From a virus: a stretch of 64,000 nucleotides of DNA. The DNA lies in IMG/VR virus record IMGVR_UViG_3300030333_005399, positions 7,830 to 71,829 of that record. One strand, given 5' to 3'. The position numbers and the translations under genes were made by a program. Numbering within the stretch: position 1 is the stretch's first letter; each line of letters begins with the position of its first letter. Below are positions 20,016 to 28,911 of the stretch, piece by piece. Below the pieces are notes generated by a model, which saw only the letters and a list, made by a program, of their open reading frames with translations, did no database searches and had not been told where the DNA came from.

Positions 20016-20518
20016 TAATTTAACTCTGGTTCAACATCATATTTATCTAACACTGCAAACTTTAATATCCACTTCATATCTTCACCTTCGTCCCACTCTT
20101 CATACCCTACAAGCTTACAATTTTTAGTTGTCATTCTACTCACAACGTTATCAGTTTGTCTCTCTTTACTACAAATAACATATATCAAATCTCCTTCAGA
20201 TCTGACGAACACTTCATTTCCAGGTTTATTGTACGTTACTCCATCCTTCATGATTCCGGCTTTTCCGTGTCATTAACCCAAATGTTTTGTGTATAATCTA
20301 TTTCGTGTTCTCCGTATTTGACCAAAACACTTTGTAGCTCATCTTCGGTTCTATCTAAATCTTTCTCCAATTCTTTTACGTGCTTCCTATAAATCCTCTC
20401 TAATCTTTGAGCATAGAAGTACCAGGTAAAAAAACCCATTGAATAACCCATAATAATGTAGAACCATGGTTGAGAAGTTATTTGTATCGTGTAATCATAT
20501 ATATTCAACTTAACTCCT

Positions 20519-21679
20519 TTAGGATAAGTATAGTTTAACTTTCTCTTTATACTCGTCAACTGTCATATTATTCATATCTAAAACCTTAGTATCAGATGGG
20601 AATGATTTGAACTCGTTAAAGTCTTCTACCAACCCAAGATTCAACATCATTTTTTGTCTACCCGTTGGATGATCAACAATGTTAGATGTTCCCCACACTT
20701 TGTTAAAATCTAAATGATCGTACATTTCTCCAGGTCTAATATAATTTTCTATCCACCTAATGCTATCACACATGACATCTTCGGCATTATATGGTACAGA
20801 ACCTGTATCTCGATAAACCATTTCCATAACTTCGTCCATAAACTTCTCTTTATTCATCCTAGAAGTGGGCTTTGCCATATACTTAATGCATTCTACTGCG
20901 TTAGTGCCATAGTAGAACATAGACTCTCTAACGACATACTGTGGAAACCAATCAGCTATATCAGATATGAATGCAGCATATTGAAATTTGAACTTACGAA
21001 ATCCATTTTTCACGTTCCAATCAAATAACCAATCACCTATTTCTCGTATCTCTCTTTTGTTTCCCTGTTCCAACCATTCTGCTAACTCTCTCACCATTTT
21101 CGGAACGTGTTCAACCATGAAGTAATCACCGTTTCGTTTATACTCTGATCCTTCTGGTGGTTTAGGAAAAGCTGGAAATTGGTATCCTATAGATGTATAA
21201 AACGGTTCGTGCTTTCCACTCTTTATTCTATCGGTCATTTCTTCTATCGTACTATCCAAGTAAAAGTGAGGTATGATTGTATTGTGGTATCCTGAAGGTT
21301 TCTGCGCATAGTTGATTGCTGAACCAGTTAATCTATGTACCATAAAAACAAACAACCATTCTGGTAATCCAAAAATAGAACGCTTATCTTGCCATGCACG
21401 AGATACAACATTACGTTGAGGAGACATCAATCCTTTTTGCATCTTTGGCCAGTATGGATGATCCTCGTTATATCCGTAAAAAACATCGTTTACTAACTGA
21501 CTAAAACCTGCATACTTACGTTCTACAACATCGTATAGTTCCACTTGACACATTAAGTCATCTCCACCATCCCATTCCTGATGAGGTGTAAATCCTAAGT
21601 TACAGTCTTCTTGCTGCTTCTTGGCCAAGTCAAAGTATTTTAAAAAATTATCATAGTATTTGGTTGGTTCTATACTCAT
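20519..21679 (-). CDS. Putative DNA base-hypermodification enzyme, aGPT-Pplase/glycosylase-fold-like (paralog B)
   Basis: DDLM...YDVVER N-terminal motif; FQYAAFISD...GTNAVECI; C-terminal AEDVMCD; neighbours ThyX, a 2OG oxygenase and a PLP enzyme. Confidence 0.55.
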   Translation of the reverse strand: MSIEPTKYYDNFLKYFDLAKKQQEDCNLGFTPHQEWDGGDDLMCQVELYDVVERKYAGFSQLVNDVFYGYNEDHPYWPKMQKGLMSPQRNVVSRAWQDKRSIFGLPEWLFVFMVHRLTGSAINYAQKPSGYHNTIIPHFYLDSTIEEMTDRIKSGKHEPFYTSIGYQFPAFPKPPEGSEYKRNGDYFMVEHVPKMVRELAEWLEQGNKREIREIGDWLFDWNVKNGFRKFKFQYAAFISDIADWFPQYVVRESMFYYGTNAVECIKYMAKPTSRMNKEKFMDEVMEMVYRDTGSVPYNAEDVMCDSIRWIENYIRPGEMYDHLDFNKVWGTSNIVDHPTGRQKMMLNLGLVEDFNEFKSFPSDTKVLDMNNMTVDEYKEKVKLYLS

Positions 21680-22368
21680 ACCAATTTATCTCCTTCTCTC
21701 CAATGAGCTCTTGTAGTTTTCTCAGAAACTGGTTCATTATCGTAATAGTAGAAAGCTAAACTTCTCCTATCAATTTTAGTTGGGTTTGGGTGTCCATGTG
21801 GTGTACCATCAACATTGAATATAACCGCTCTGTTGAAAATGGGTTGTACTGAGATATGCTTAACTGCTAAGTCTTTGCTCCATATTTCCAACTCTCCTCC
21901 ATCTCCTGGTTTCCAATCCCTATTCAGGTAATACAGTATGTTTACCTTTCTCCACATATCTAATTCTTCGTGATACGAAAAATCTTTATGTATTTCCAAG
22001 TGACCATCTGGTAATGTATGATGATAACCTCCACCGTGATAGCTGTCATCAGCTACCAATCCAGAATTACCTGTTAATTTTCTCAGCCACTCCATAAACT
22101 TATCTCCATTGAAATACCGACACATATATTGCATGTTAGGAGGTAGTTTACTTATAGTCTTTACACCACGTTTTAAATTGCTGTGCTCATGATTGTCATA
22201 CTCACCATCACTGTTAACGTCGTAATCCTTTTCAGTTATAAGATCACACTCATCTGCTAATTTATGTGCTGTGCTTTCATCTAAAAAATCGTTTAATATT
22301 ATGTACGGAGATGGAGTCTGTGCTTTATAAACTCTACTCAGTGTTTGTATATCAAACTTATTTTTCAT
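21676..22368 (-). CDS. 2OG-Fe(II) oxygenase (prolyl-hydroxylase-like)
   Basis: GGGYH, HKDF, YYLN, GGELEIW, HGHP, RRSLA. Confidence 0.9.
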   Translation of the reverse strand: MKNKFDIQTLSRVYKAQTPSPYIILNDFLDESTAHKLADECDLITEKDYDVNSDGEYDNHEHSNLKRGVKTISKLPPNMQYMCRYFNGDKFMEWLRKLTGNSGLVADDSYHGGGYHHTLPDGHLEIHKDFSYHEELDMWRKVNILYYLNRDWKPGDGGELEIWSKDLAVKHISVQPIFNRAVIFNVDGTPHGHPNPTKIDRRSLAFYYYDNEPVSEKTTRAHWREGDKLV

Positions 22369-23050
22369 TTCTTGCGGTCCATGCTTTAGTAGTTTCTGGA
22401 AACTCTTTTTCCATTACTTTCAATAAAGCTTCGGCATAAACCTGTATTTCTACTTGTGCAGTCTTCTCGTACCTAAGTTCTATAAAGTTCATAATACCTT
22501 GAAAGCTAGCAGTCCAATAAACTTCAGTATATTGTGATAGTGGTAATATTGCTCGTGCTTGTTCTTTACCAACTCCAGCATCTAGTAAACTTTTGTAGTA
22601 AAGGTTTGCATACCAATGTGCATCTTTCCACGATTGCAATACACTTTCTTGATCTTCCACTGCACCTTCAGTTGCTTGTTTATTATCTTTAGATTGCTGT
22701 CTAAAAACCTCTGGTGTGTAGAAGTCTTTAACCTCTACATATCTGCCTGAGATCTCATTCCAAGCGTGGTCCTTTGTTGAGCTACTAGAAGATGTTTCTA
22801 TACCAACTACATGCTTATACCACTGTCGCATAACAAACTCTGGTGCTTTAATGTGGAACTGTGCTTGTATGTGCCTAAACGGTGAGAAGTGTTTATGTTT
22901 AGCTAAGTATCTTACTAAAGCCCTGTCTTGCTTATCGAAGCTAGTTTTTCTTTTACCGAATGAAACTCTTGCAGAATTAACAACAGTCAGATCTGAACCT
23001 AACGTATCTACTAGTTCTACAAATCCCTTATCTAATACTGAAATCTTCAT
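22358..23050 (-). CDS. thyX: FAD-dependent thymidylate synthase
   Basis: NSARVS, HFSPF, NEISGRY, EQARAILP, AQVEI; the usual RHR motif appears as YKH followed by an insertion. Confidence 0.92.
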   Translation of the reverse strand: MKISVLDKGFVELVDTLGSDLTVVNSARVSFGKRKTSFDKQDRALVRYLAKHKHFSPFRHIQAQFHIKAPEFVMRQWYKHVVGIETSSSSSTKDHAWNEISGRYVEVKDFYTPEVFRQQSKDNKQATEGAVEDQESVLQSWKDAHWYANLYYKSLLDAGVGKEQARAILPLSQYTEVYWTASFQGIMNFIELRYEKTAQVEIQVYAEALLKVMEKEFPETTKAWTARNEK

Positions 23051-23220
23051 ACTTCTTTATGAACTTCTCCGTTTCTTTGTCCTGACCATCATATGTGCTA
23101 CAATCCCAATACCAACCTTTCTTGCCATCTACTCCAACAGTCATATGAGCAACTATCAATTCAGCTAAAGTTCTAGTACTAAGATCATGATGTTTTACGT
23201 TGTACTTGTTAAGTACCTTT

Positions 23221-24129
23221 TCAATTAGATCCTTCATCTCTTATTTCTCCCCATTCTCTAAAGCTATCTATTCTATCGTAGATAGATTCGTCTATCAAAT
23301 CTGGCTCCGCTCCAACATTCCACATCCATGCACCTGTACTACCACCTACCGACTTTGTTCCTTTATGCTTCATGTATTTCCAAACCTTTGCATCGTAATT
23401 GTACACAGTTGGAAACGGAGGCCACCAATCTTTCTTTTCATTTTTTAAAAAGGGTAGCGGATCAGATATTACATCTGATCTACCTAGCTCGCCTTCTTTG
23501 AGGTTTCTAGATACAGCGACAGAATAGAACTTAGCGTTTGGCCACCCGATTTGTAATCCTCTTGAAAGGACTCCAGTTGATATGGCACACCATACCTCTT
23601 CGGGTTCTCCATGTTGTTTCGCTATAGTATCCGCCACCCTTACCACTCCAGCAACTACTAACGGGTGGTATAAACCGAGTGGTACAAAAAAACCACCCGT
23701 TGATTCGGCGTACTCTTTGGCCATTTTATTTAAATTAGGCATGGCCGCAATTCTCCTAAATTTTGGTACGGCCCCTCTCTCAATGCACACAGCTTGATGA
23801 TCCGATACTCGTTTTGATGAGGGCATGAATAATACAACCTTTTTACCGTACCTCTTCGCAGCTTCAAGTATTGAGACTCCTGCTAGTCCCTTCCTTGGCT
23901 GCACATAAACAATAGTGTCCTCCTTGACTTGGCTTATGAGGTAATCTCCAAACCTTGCTTTACTTCCCACTATCTTGTCGTCCCTAACCACATTGAATCC
24001 TTCGTGCTGAATTACCTCAGGTGTACCGTAAGGATCTTCCCATCCATCAGTCTGATTCAGGTACCACTCTCTCGTGTATTCCTGAAGATCCTTGTTCTTT
24101 CCATCAAGTATGTGATTATTATGAGACAC
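23221..24129 (-). CDS. PLP-dependent enzyme, fold type II (TrpB-like)
   Basis: VRDD...GSKAR (Schiff-base Lys), AISTGVLSRGL phosphate loop, YDAK and WNVG. Confidence 0.75.
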   Translation of the reverse strand: MSHNNHILDGKNKDLQEYTREWYLNQTDGWEDPYGTPEVIQHEGFNVVRDDKIVGSKARFGDYLISQVKEDTIVYVQPRKGLAGVSILEAAKRYGKKVVLFMPSSKRVSDHQAVCIERGAVPKFRRIAAMPNLNKMAKEYAESTGGFFVPLGLYHPLVVAGVVRVADTIAKQHGEPEEVWCAISTGVLSRGLQIGWPNAKFYSVAVSRNLKEGELGRSDVISDPLPFLKNEKKDWWPPFPTVYNYDAKVWKYMKHKGTKSVGGSTGAWMWNVGAEPDLIDESIYDRIDSFREWGEIRDEGSN

Positions 24130-24229
24130 TACTTAAACCTGTTGTGAATGTCTTCTAGTAAATGTATGAATGCTATACCAAACACCATCAGTCCACTGAA
24201 CTGAATCATGGATAGACCGTCTGCCCACA

Positions 24230-25201
24230 TTATAAAGTCACCCATTCTGAATTTCTCCTGTAGTATGGAGGTGCTGTGTGTACAGAACCACCTAGTTCCA
24301 TGTAAGTTTTAGCGTACTCTTCCCCATCCATAGTGTACCTCTCGACTGGTGGGGCAATCAAAGGAAAGTCCCACTGTTTAACAGTATTCATTATCTCAAA
24401 CGTCTTCTTAAACCTTTCATCCCTACTTCCGTAGAATGGTGTACCCTTAAAGAAACCAGTCTTAGGAATCTTACGACCTTCGAACTCGACGGGCACCGGG
24501 GCACCAATTTCGACGGTCACGCCGATACGGTCGCGCAAGCGATTAGCTTGTACACGGTACTCTTCTAACAGCTTACCGAGATCAACAGACTCGGGTCGAC
24601 AGAGGTGATGACGTACATCGATGCTTCCCAAACTGAGAGTTATTACCTCCACACTGGGTGCCACTTCGATATCGTCGAGCAACCTCTCCTTTAGTACACC
24701 GTAAAGCGTTCTTCCATCCTTCTTTAGAACAGCAGCTTTGGAAGGTGCGTAAGCAGGAGTATGAGAATCTCCCCAACACAACCACTCGTGACCCAAACCA
24801 GCATGATCCATGTAAGGTACGTGATAGCACCAATCGCTTAACTGCTTGCACCACTCTTCGGTAATCTTTTTACTCGTACTCGCAGCCTTGAGTCTCTTAG
24901 CCAAGAACGCACCGTAATCGGGCATCTCCCAATCCAAACTCGTGACGCGGTCGGGCGACACACCCATCAAACGGTCGAAGCGTTCCCAAACCTCGTCTCC
25001 AGCACCAGCAAACAGGTTTAAGGCACCGGACCAGTTAACTCCATGGTCGAGGTACACGGTATCGTAATTCAATACCTCTTCGGTACAGCGTTCGTTTATG
25101 TCCGCGTCCAAACGATCGGCCCATGTCAGAGACCAACCCCTTACGTGGGACTTCTCGTGCATGGGTATGTTAGTCGCGGGACTTGTTATAACCTTACTCA
25201 T
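24230..25201 (-). CDS. Protein with C-terminal SGNH/GDSL-like domain
   Basis: WGDSH, GRTLYG, LGSIDVRHH, SVH. Confidence 0.5.
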   Translation of the reverse strand: MSKVITSPATNIPMHEKSHVRGWSLTWADRLDADINERCTEEVLNYDTVYLDHGVNWSGALNLFAGAGDEVWERFDRLMGVSPDRVTSLDWEMPDYGAFLAKRLKAASTSKKITEEWCKQLSDWCYHVPYMDHAGLGHEWLCWGDSHTPAYAPSKAAVLKKDGRTLYGVLKERLLDDIEVAPSVEVITLSLGSIDVRHHLCRPESVDLGKLLEEYRVQANRLRDRIGVTVEIGAPVPVEFEGRKIPKTGFFKGTPFYGSRDERFKKTFEIMNTVKQWDFPLIAPPVERYTMDGEEYAKTYMELGGSVHTAPPYYRRNSEWVTL

Positions 25202-25249
25202 TAGAAACCTCTTTCTTTATTATATATATTACTCAAATCTCTCAAAATG

Positions 25250-25780
25250 CTATTTAATTTTCTCTAAGTCCCACTTGTCCCACAAAGCGTCTACGTAATC
25301 CTTAGCGGACTTGAGACTGACAGTGTGACCGTACCACTTATCGGTAAAGGCCCTGTACTCCTTGATAGCGGCTATCTTGTTCTTGGGGTAGAACTGCTTT
25401 AGACCCTCGGTGGCTGCGGTCTTTGGTACCGATAACCTACCGAACACTGCATACTTCTTCCACAGACAGTTAGCCTGAGTCTTCTCGGCCCTAGATAACC
25501 CGGTCTTGGAGTGCTCGAAGTTATCGAATACTACAGCCGAGTGTAGATCTGCTTTGAACTCGTCGGTGTGTAGGTAAAGCTGACCTGTCTTTTCAGACTT
25601 GGCCATCTCTGCCCAGCGGAGGATCCTGCGGATTAGGGTCTTGGTTAGAGGTTCTCCTGCCTCCTTGAGCACCGTGTTAGGGTTACGTCGGGCCCAAAGA
25701 TCGTCTAGGTTGTAAAGGCTTTTGTAGTCCATTATGTTAATGTTCCTCCATTTGTCTTTTCCACTACGCAAAACAGGCAA
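25250..25780 (-). CDS. Hypothetical protein with L7/L12-CTD-like tail (true start probably MDYK near 25733)
   Basis: KIAAIKEYR...SLKSAKDYVD. Confidence 0.5.
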   Translation of the reverse strand: MPVLRSGKDKWRNINIMDYKSLYNLDDLWARRNPNTVLKEAGEPLTKTLIRRILRWAEMAKSEKTGQLYLHTDEFKADLHSAVVFDNFEHSKTGLSRAEKTQANCLWKKYAVFGRLSVPKTAATEGLKQFYPKNKIAAIKEYRAFTDKWYGHTVSLKSAKDYVDALWDKWDLEKIK

Positions 25781-25964
25781 AGCTTAGGGTAGAATATCAT
25801 CCTGCCGTCTAGCCGTTTGCCGCACTGCGAGCATTTTTTATGTTTAGTAGGTTTCTTCATATTATATGAATGGGTGTATATATTCAACCTGGGGTAATAA
25901 AATCATCGTGGTGGTAAAATAGGCTTGTGCACGTATAAAAAAAGTAATTCGATTCCGATTTCCG

Positions 25965-25997
25965 CCAGGGGCGGCCCGATGTGGGCCACCTACCTGG
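25965..25997 (-). other. GC-rich hairpin downstream of the AAA gene
   Basis: CCAGG-TA-GGTGGCCC-ACATC-GGGCCGCC-CCTGG; T-run about 20 nt downstream. Confidence 0.55.
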
Positions 25998-26020
25998 GGA
26001 CTTGAGGTTACCAGTCTCAA

Positions 26021-27172
26021 TTAAGCTTCCTCGCTTACGTCTTCGAACAGCTCGTCGGATGAACCGTCGTCAGTGTACTTTTGCAGTAGCTGCTTGACGA
26101 AGGTTCTCTCCGACTCGACTCCACCGGCCGCATCGAACTTGGGAAGTACTGCTACCTCGGCAGACTCAGTCAGTGTAAACCCGTCGTAGAGCAAGCTTGC
26201 TATCTCTACTGTGGATCGGGTACTTATATGGGTGGATAACCTGCCCTCTTCCGAACTAGACTCGCTGCGTGTAATGAATGCAAGCTCTGCCACGTTTTCG
26301 ATTAATTCGGCTTTTACATTTGGGTATAACCCACTTAGTAAGCTTACTTCCTGTTCTTTGTTCAAGACGTCCATCTCAATCTGTGTGAACCTATCCAGTA
26401 GAGCTCTGTCGAGAACCCTTGTCGCGGTATACTCGTTACCGATGTTAGCAGTAGCGATAAAAGTAACGCCTTTTGCTACGTTAATAGTAGCCTGGCCGTC
26501 AGCCTCGTCTAACCTGAGATACCTCTGTCCTTCGTCTAGTACTGTCATAAGGATATTCCAAGCTTCAGGATGAGCTCTTGATAACTCGTCGAGTAATATA
26601 ACCGCGTTCTCAGTCTGGATAGCTTTAACGAAAAGCGCTTCTGAGAAGTAAGTGCCTTTCTCTTTGTTATAATGTGTATTACCGATAAGGGTAGCACGTG
26701 GATCCTGTGTGGAACCTAAGTTAAAGTAGAACTCAGGTCTGTCGAGAGATTTAACTAGACTCTTTGCAGCCATAGTCTTACCACACCCGGCGGGACCAGT
26801 CATCATAATGTTCTTACCTCTCATCGCAGATCTTACTAAGTACTTCCACTTAACCTCATTCATGATAAGACTATTTGGCTTAAGCTTGTAAGAACTGTGT
26901 ATATATGACAAAATGTCATTATGATCTTCGCTGACGTCTTCGGTAACCGTGACGACTACAGCTTGTTCATCCCACTCAGACTTAGTAGCAGGCCTCCAAA
27001 AGATACGCCCAGTGCTACCAGTCTTACGTACTGCATAACCAGTATCGGCTAAGATCTGTTTACGTTTATATGACGGCATCTCCTTAGAGTAGTCAGTGCC
27101 ATTTTGACATACTGCTCTGGTGCGACTGCCGACAGTTTCAATTTTTACTATTACATTTGTGTTTGAGTTCAT
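26021..27172 (-). CDS. MoxR/CbbQ/CobS-type AAA+ ATPase
   Basis: GPAGCGKT, LLDELSR, ATAN, DRALLDRF, STR. Confidence 0.92.
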   Translation of the reverse strand: MNSNTNVIVKIETVGSRTRAVCQNGTDYSKEMPSYKRKQILADTGYAVRKTGSTGRIFWRPATKSEWDEQAVVVTVTEDVSEDHNDILSYIHSSYKLKPNSLIMNEVKWKYLVRSAMRGKNIMMTGPAGCGKTMAAKSLVKSLDRPEFYFNLGSTQDPRATLIGNTHYNKEKGTYFSEALFVKAIQTENAVILLDELSRAHPEAWNILMTVLDEGQRYLRLDEADGQATINVAKGVTFIATANIGNEYTATRVLDRALLDRFTQIEMDVLNKEQEVSLLSGLYPNVKAELIENVAELAFITRSESSSEEGRLSTHISTRSTVEIASLLYDGFTLTESAEVAVLPKFDAAGGVESERTFVKQLLQKYTDDGSSDELFEDVSEEA

Positions 27173-27199
27173 TTGGTAACCTCTTTATTTAATTTCTAT

Positions 27200-27243
27200 T
27201 AGAATCTACACGTAAAAACCGGTTAATGTACATGCTTTTTTTT
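27200..27243 (-). promoter_or_regulatory. Conserved phage promoter motif, copy 5
   Basis: GCATGTAC-N19-TAGATTCTA. Confidence 0.8.
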
Positions 27244-27261
27244 AAAAAAATGCGTTTTTTT

Positions 27262-27621
27262 TCAATAAATATCGGGAGGCATATCTGAATAGTCTCGGGT
27301 GTCGGAGTACTCTTCATCATCAGGTTTGTCGTAGTAGTCATCGGATACACCGCGGGACTCCATACTACCAGTTACTACCCCGCCGCCGGGCTTAAAGCCT
27401 GAATTGTACACTATACCGTCGCCGTGCTTCCTTAGATGAGTGTTAACCTTACGCCGCTCCATAAAGTCTATCAGATCCTGCTCGTCGAATAAAACCTTGC
27501 TGTTGCTGCGTACGCCCATCTTTATATAGGGAAGGACTCCTTTCCTCCTGTACCCGTCTATGGTAGACTCGGTCATGTGCAACATTTCCGCGGCTTGCTT
27601 TTTTGTAAGATATTTTGGCAT
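27262..27621 (-). CDS. Excisionase/MerR-like HTH DNA-binding protein with acidic tail
   Basis: YLTKKQAAEMLHMTESTI..YRRKGVLPYIK...VLFDEQDL. Confidence 0.8.
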   Translation of the reverse strand: MPKYLTKKQAAEMLHMTESTIDGYRRKGVLPYIKMGVRSNSKVLFDEQDLIDFMERRKVNTHLRKHGDGIVYNSGFKPGGGVVTGSMESRGVSDDYYDKPDDEEYSDTRDYSDMPPDIY

Positions 27622-27943
27622 AGTATATATGACACCTTGGCTTAAAAAAATTTTCTCTGAACGAACGCGAGCTTACTCACCATACTCTCCTGGATCATAG
27701 ATTTTCTTATGAATAAGTATCGATTAGTCTACATTTTTCACAAAGACCAGTGCTGCTATATCGGCTCCATATTCGATTGGGGTGCGACAAACTCTATAAC
27801 CTCTAGACCTATATTAGCGGTACCATATACTCCATATTACTAGACTGATAAACCCGATAACGTGTACCCAAAACAGGACTTGCCACGCCATCCACAGTAC
27901 GGGGACCATTAGTACCGTGATACCTAGGATTACGAGTCCCTCT

Positions 27944-28168
27944 TTACTTTGCCAGCTCATTAGGATCCACCTCGGCTCCGCAGTCCCTACACACGTTTAC
28001 TTGAAGTTGAATTAGTTCGCTTTTACCCGTTGGGCTCTGTATAGCGGATATTCGTTTCATTCTAACGGCTGACTCGAATAAGAGGCATCCACACTCCTTG
28101 CATCCTACGTCTTCGAGTGTACTTGGATCTATCTGTAATGGTGTTCCTTGTTGCGGTATGTTCTGCAT
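27944..28168 (-). CDS. Small zinc-ribbon protein
   Basis: CKECG and CRDCG. Confidence 0.65.
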   Translation of the reverse strand: MQNIPQQGTPLQIDPSTLEDVGCKECGCLLFESAVRMKRISAIQSPTGKSELIQLQVNVCRDCGAEVDPNELAK

Positions 28169-28302
28169 TATTATCCTTTCGCTAACTGCAAATTTGTTAA
28201 CTCGTTACGGTTCTCCCACATAAGGATCACCCATTCTTCCACGCGATCCCATCTTACTTTCGTTCCACGGGTACCGGGGAGTTGAAATAGTATGCGCATC
28301 GT

Positions 28303-28560
28303 TTATCCCTGTAATAGGTCCTTGCCGTGCTCTCCGTACAAGTCCCATGTGCGCGGACCGTGTTGGATGTCCTCGTCGACCGTTATTCGGCCTTTGCCCG
28401 CGTCGACCGTGAAAACCTTATCACCCGTCGTCTTGTACACCTCGTTGAGTGCGGCTGTGAGGGAAGGATGTACCATAGATTCTCTTCCATCTAAAGTATC
28501 TTCCGTTAGGACCCATCTATCCCCTGGAGGGTGTCTCTCTGCTACTACTTTTATTGCCAT
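28303..28560 (-). CDS. Hypothetical protein
   Basis: AGGAG RBS; PPGDRW motif. Confidence 0.55.
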   Translation of the reverse strand: MAIKVVAERHPPGDRWVLTEDTLDGRESMVHPSLTAALNEVYKTTGDKVFTVDAGKGRITVDEDIQHGPRTWDLYGEHGKDLLQG

Positions 28561-28594
28561 TTGATTACTCCTTTAAAACCCTTATTGTAACTAG

Positions 28595-28876
28595 TTATGT
28601 AAACATCTCCCAAACCTTATCGATGATTAGTGCTACGAAACCCATTCCAATAACACCTCTCCACTTCTGTGAATTTTCTCTAAACTGTGTATTTTGTTTT
28701 GTCTCTGCCCATAACCCTTCGTTTGGATTGAATAAATTTTCTTTTAGAAAGCTCAGCGATGCATCGGTCTTACCGTGCGCCATAGACATATCGTGTCTCA
28801 TTTGATCCATCTTTTTATCAAGCTCGTCTAGACGGTAGTGTACTAGTTCGAGATCTTGTTTGTCTTTTGCATTCAT
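28595..28876 (-). CDS. Coiled-coil protein with C-terminal TM helix (holin/XhlA-like layout)
   Basis: Layout only. Confidence 0.4.
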   Translation of the reverse strand: MNAKDKQDLELVHYRLDELDKKMDQMRHDMSMAHGKTDASLSFLKENLFNPNEGLWAETKQNTQFRENSQKWRGVIGMGFVALIIDKVWEMFT

Positions 28877-28911
28877 GTGTAGTCCATAGATTTGAGATTC
28901 ATAAATAAATA

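Noticed and set aside
25250-25400. Ribosomal protein L7/L12
   Set aside because: Only a short C-terminal motif resemblance on an unrelated protein
27262-27621. Excisionase marking an integrative element with a tRNA att site
   Set aside because: No integrase, and no duplicated tRNA 3' fragment noticed in the window
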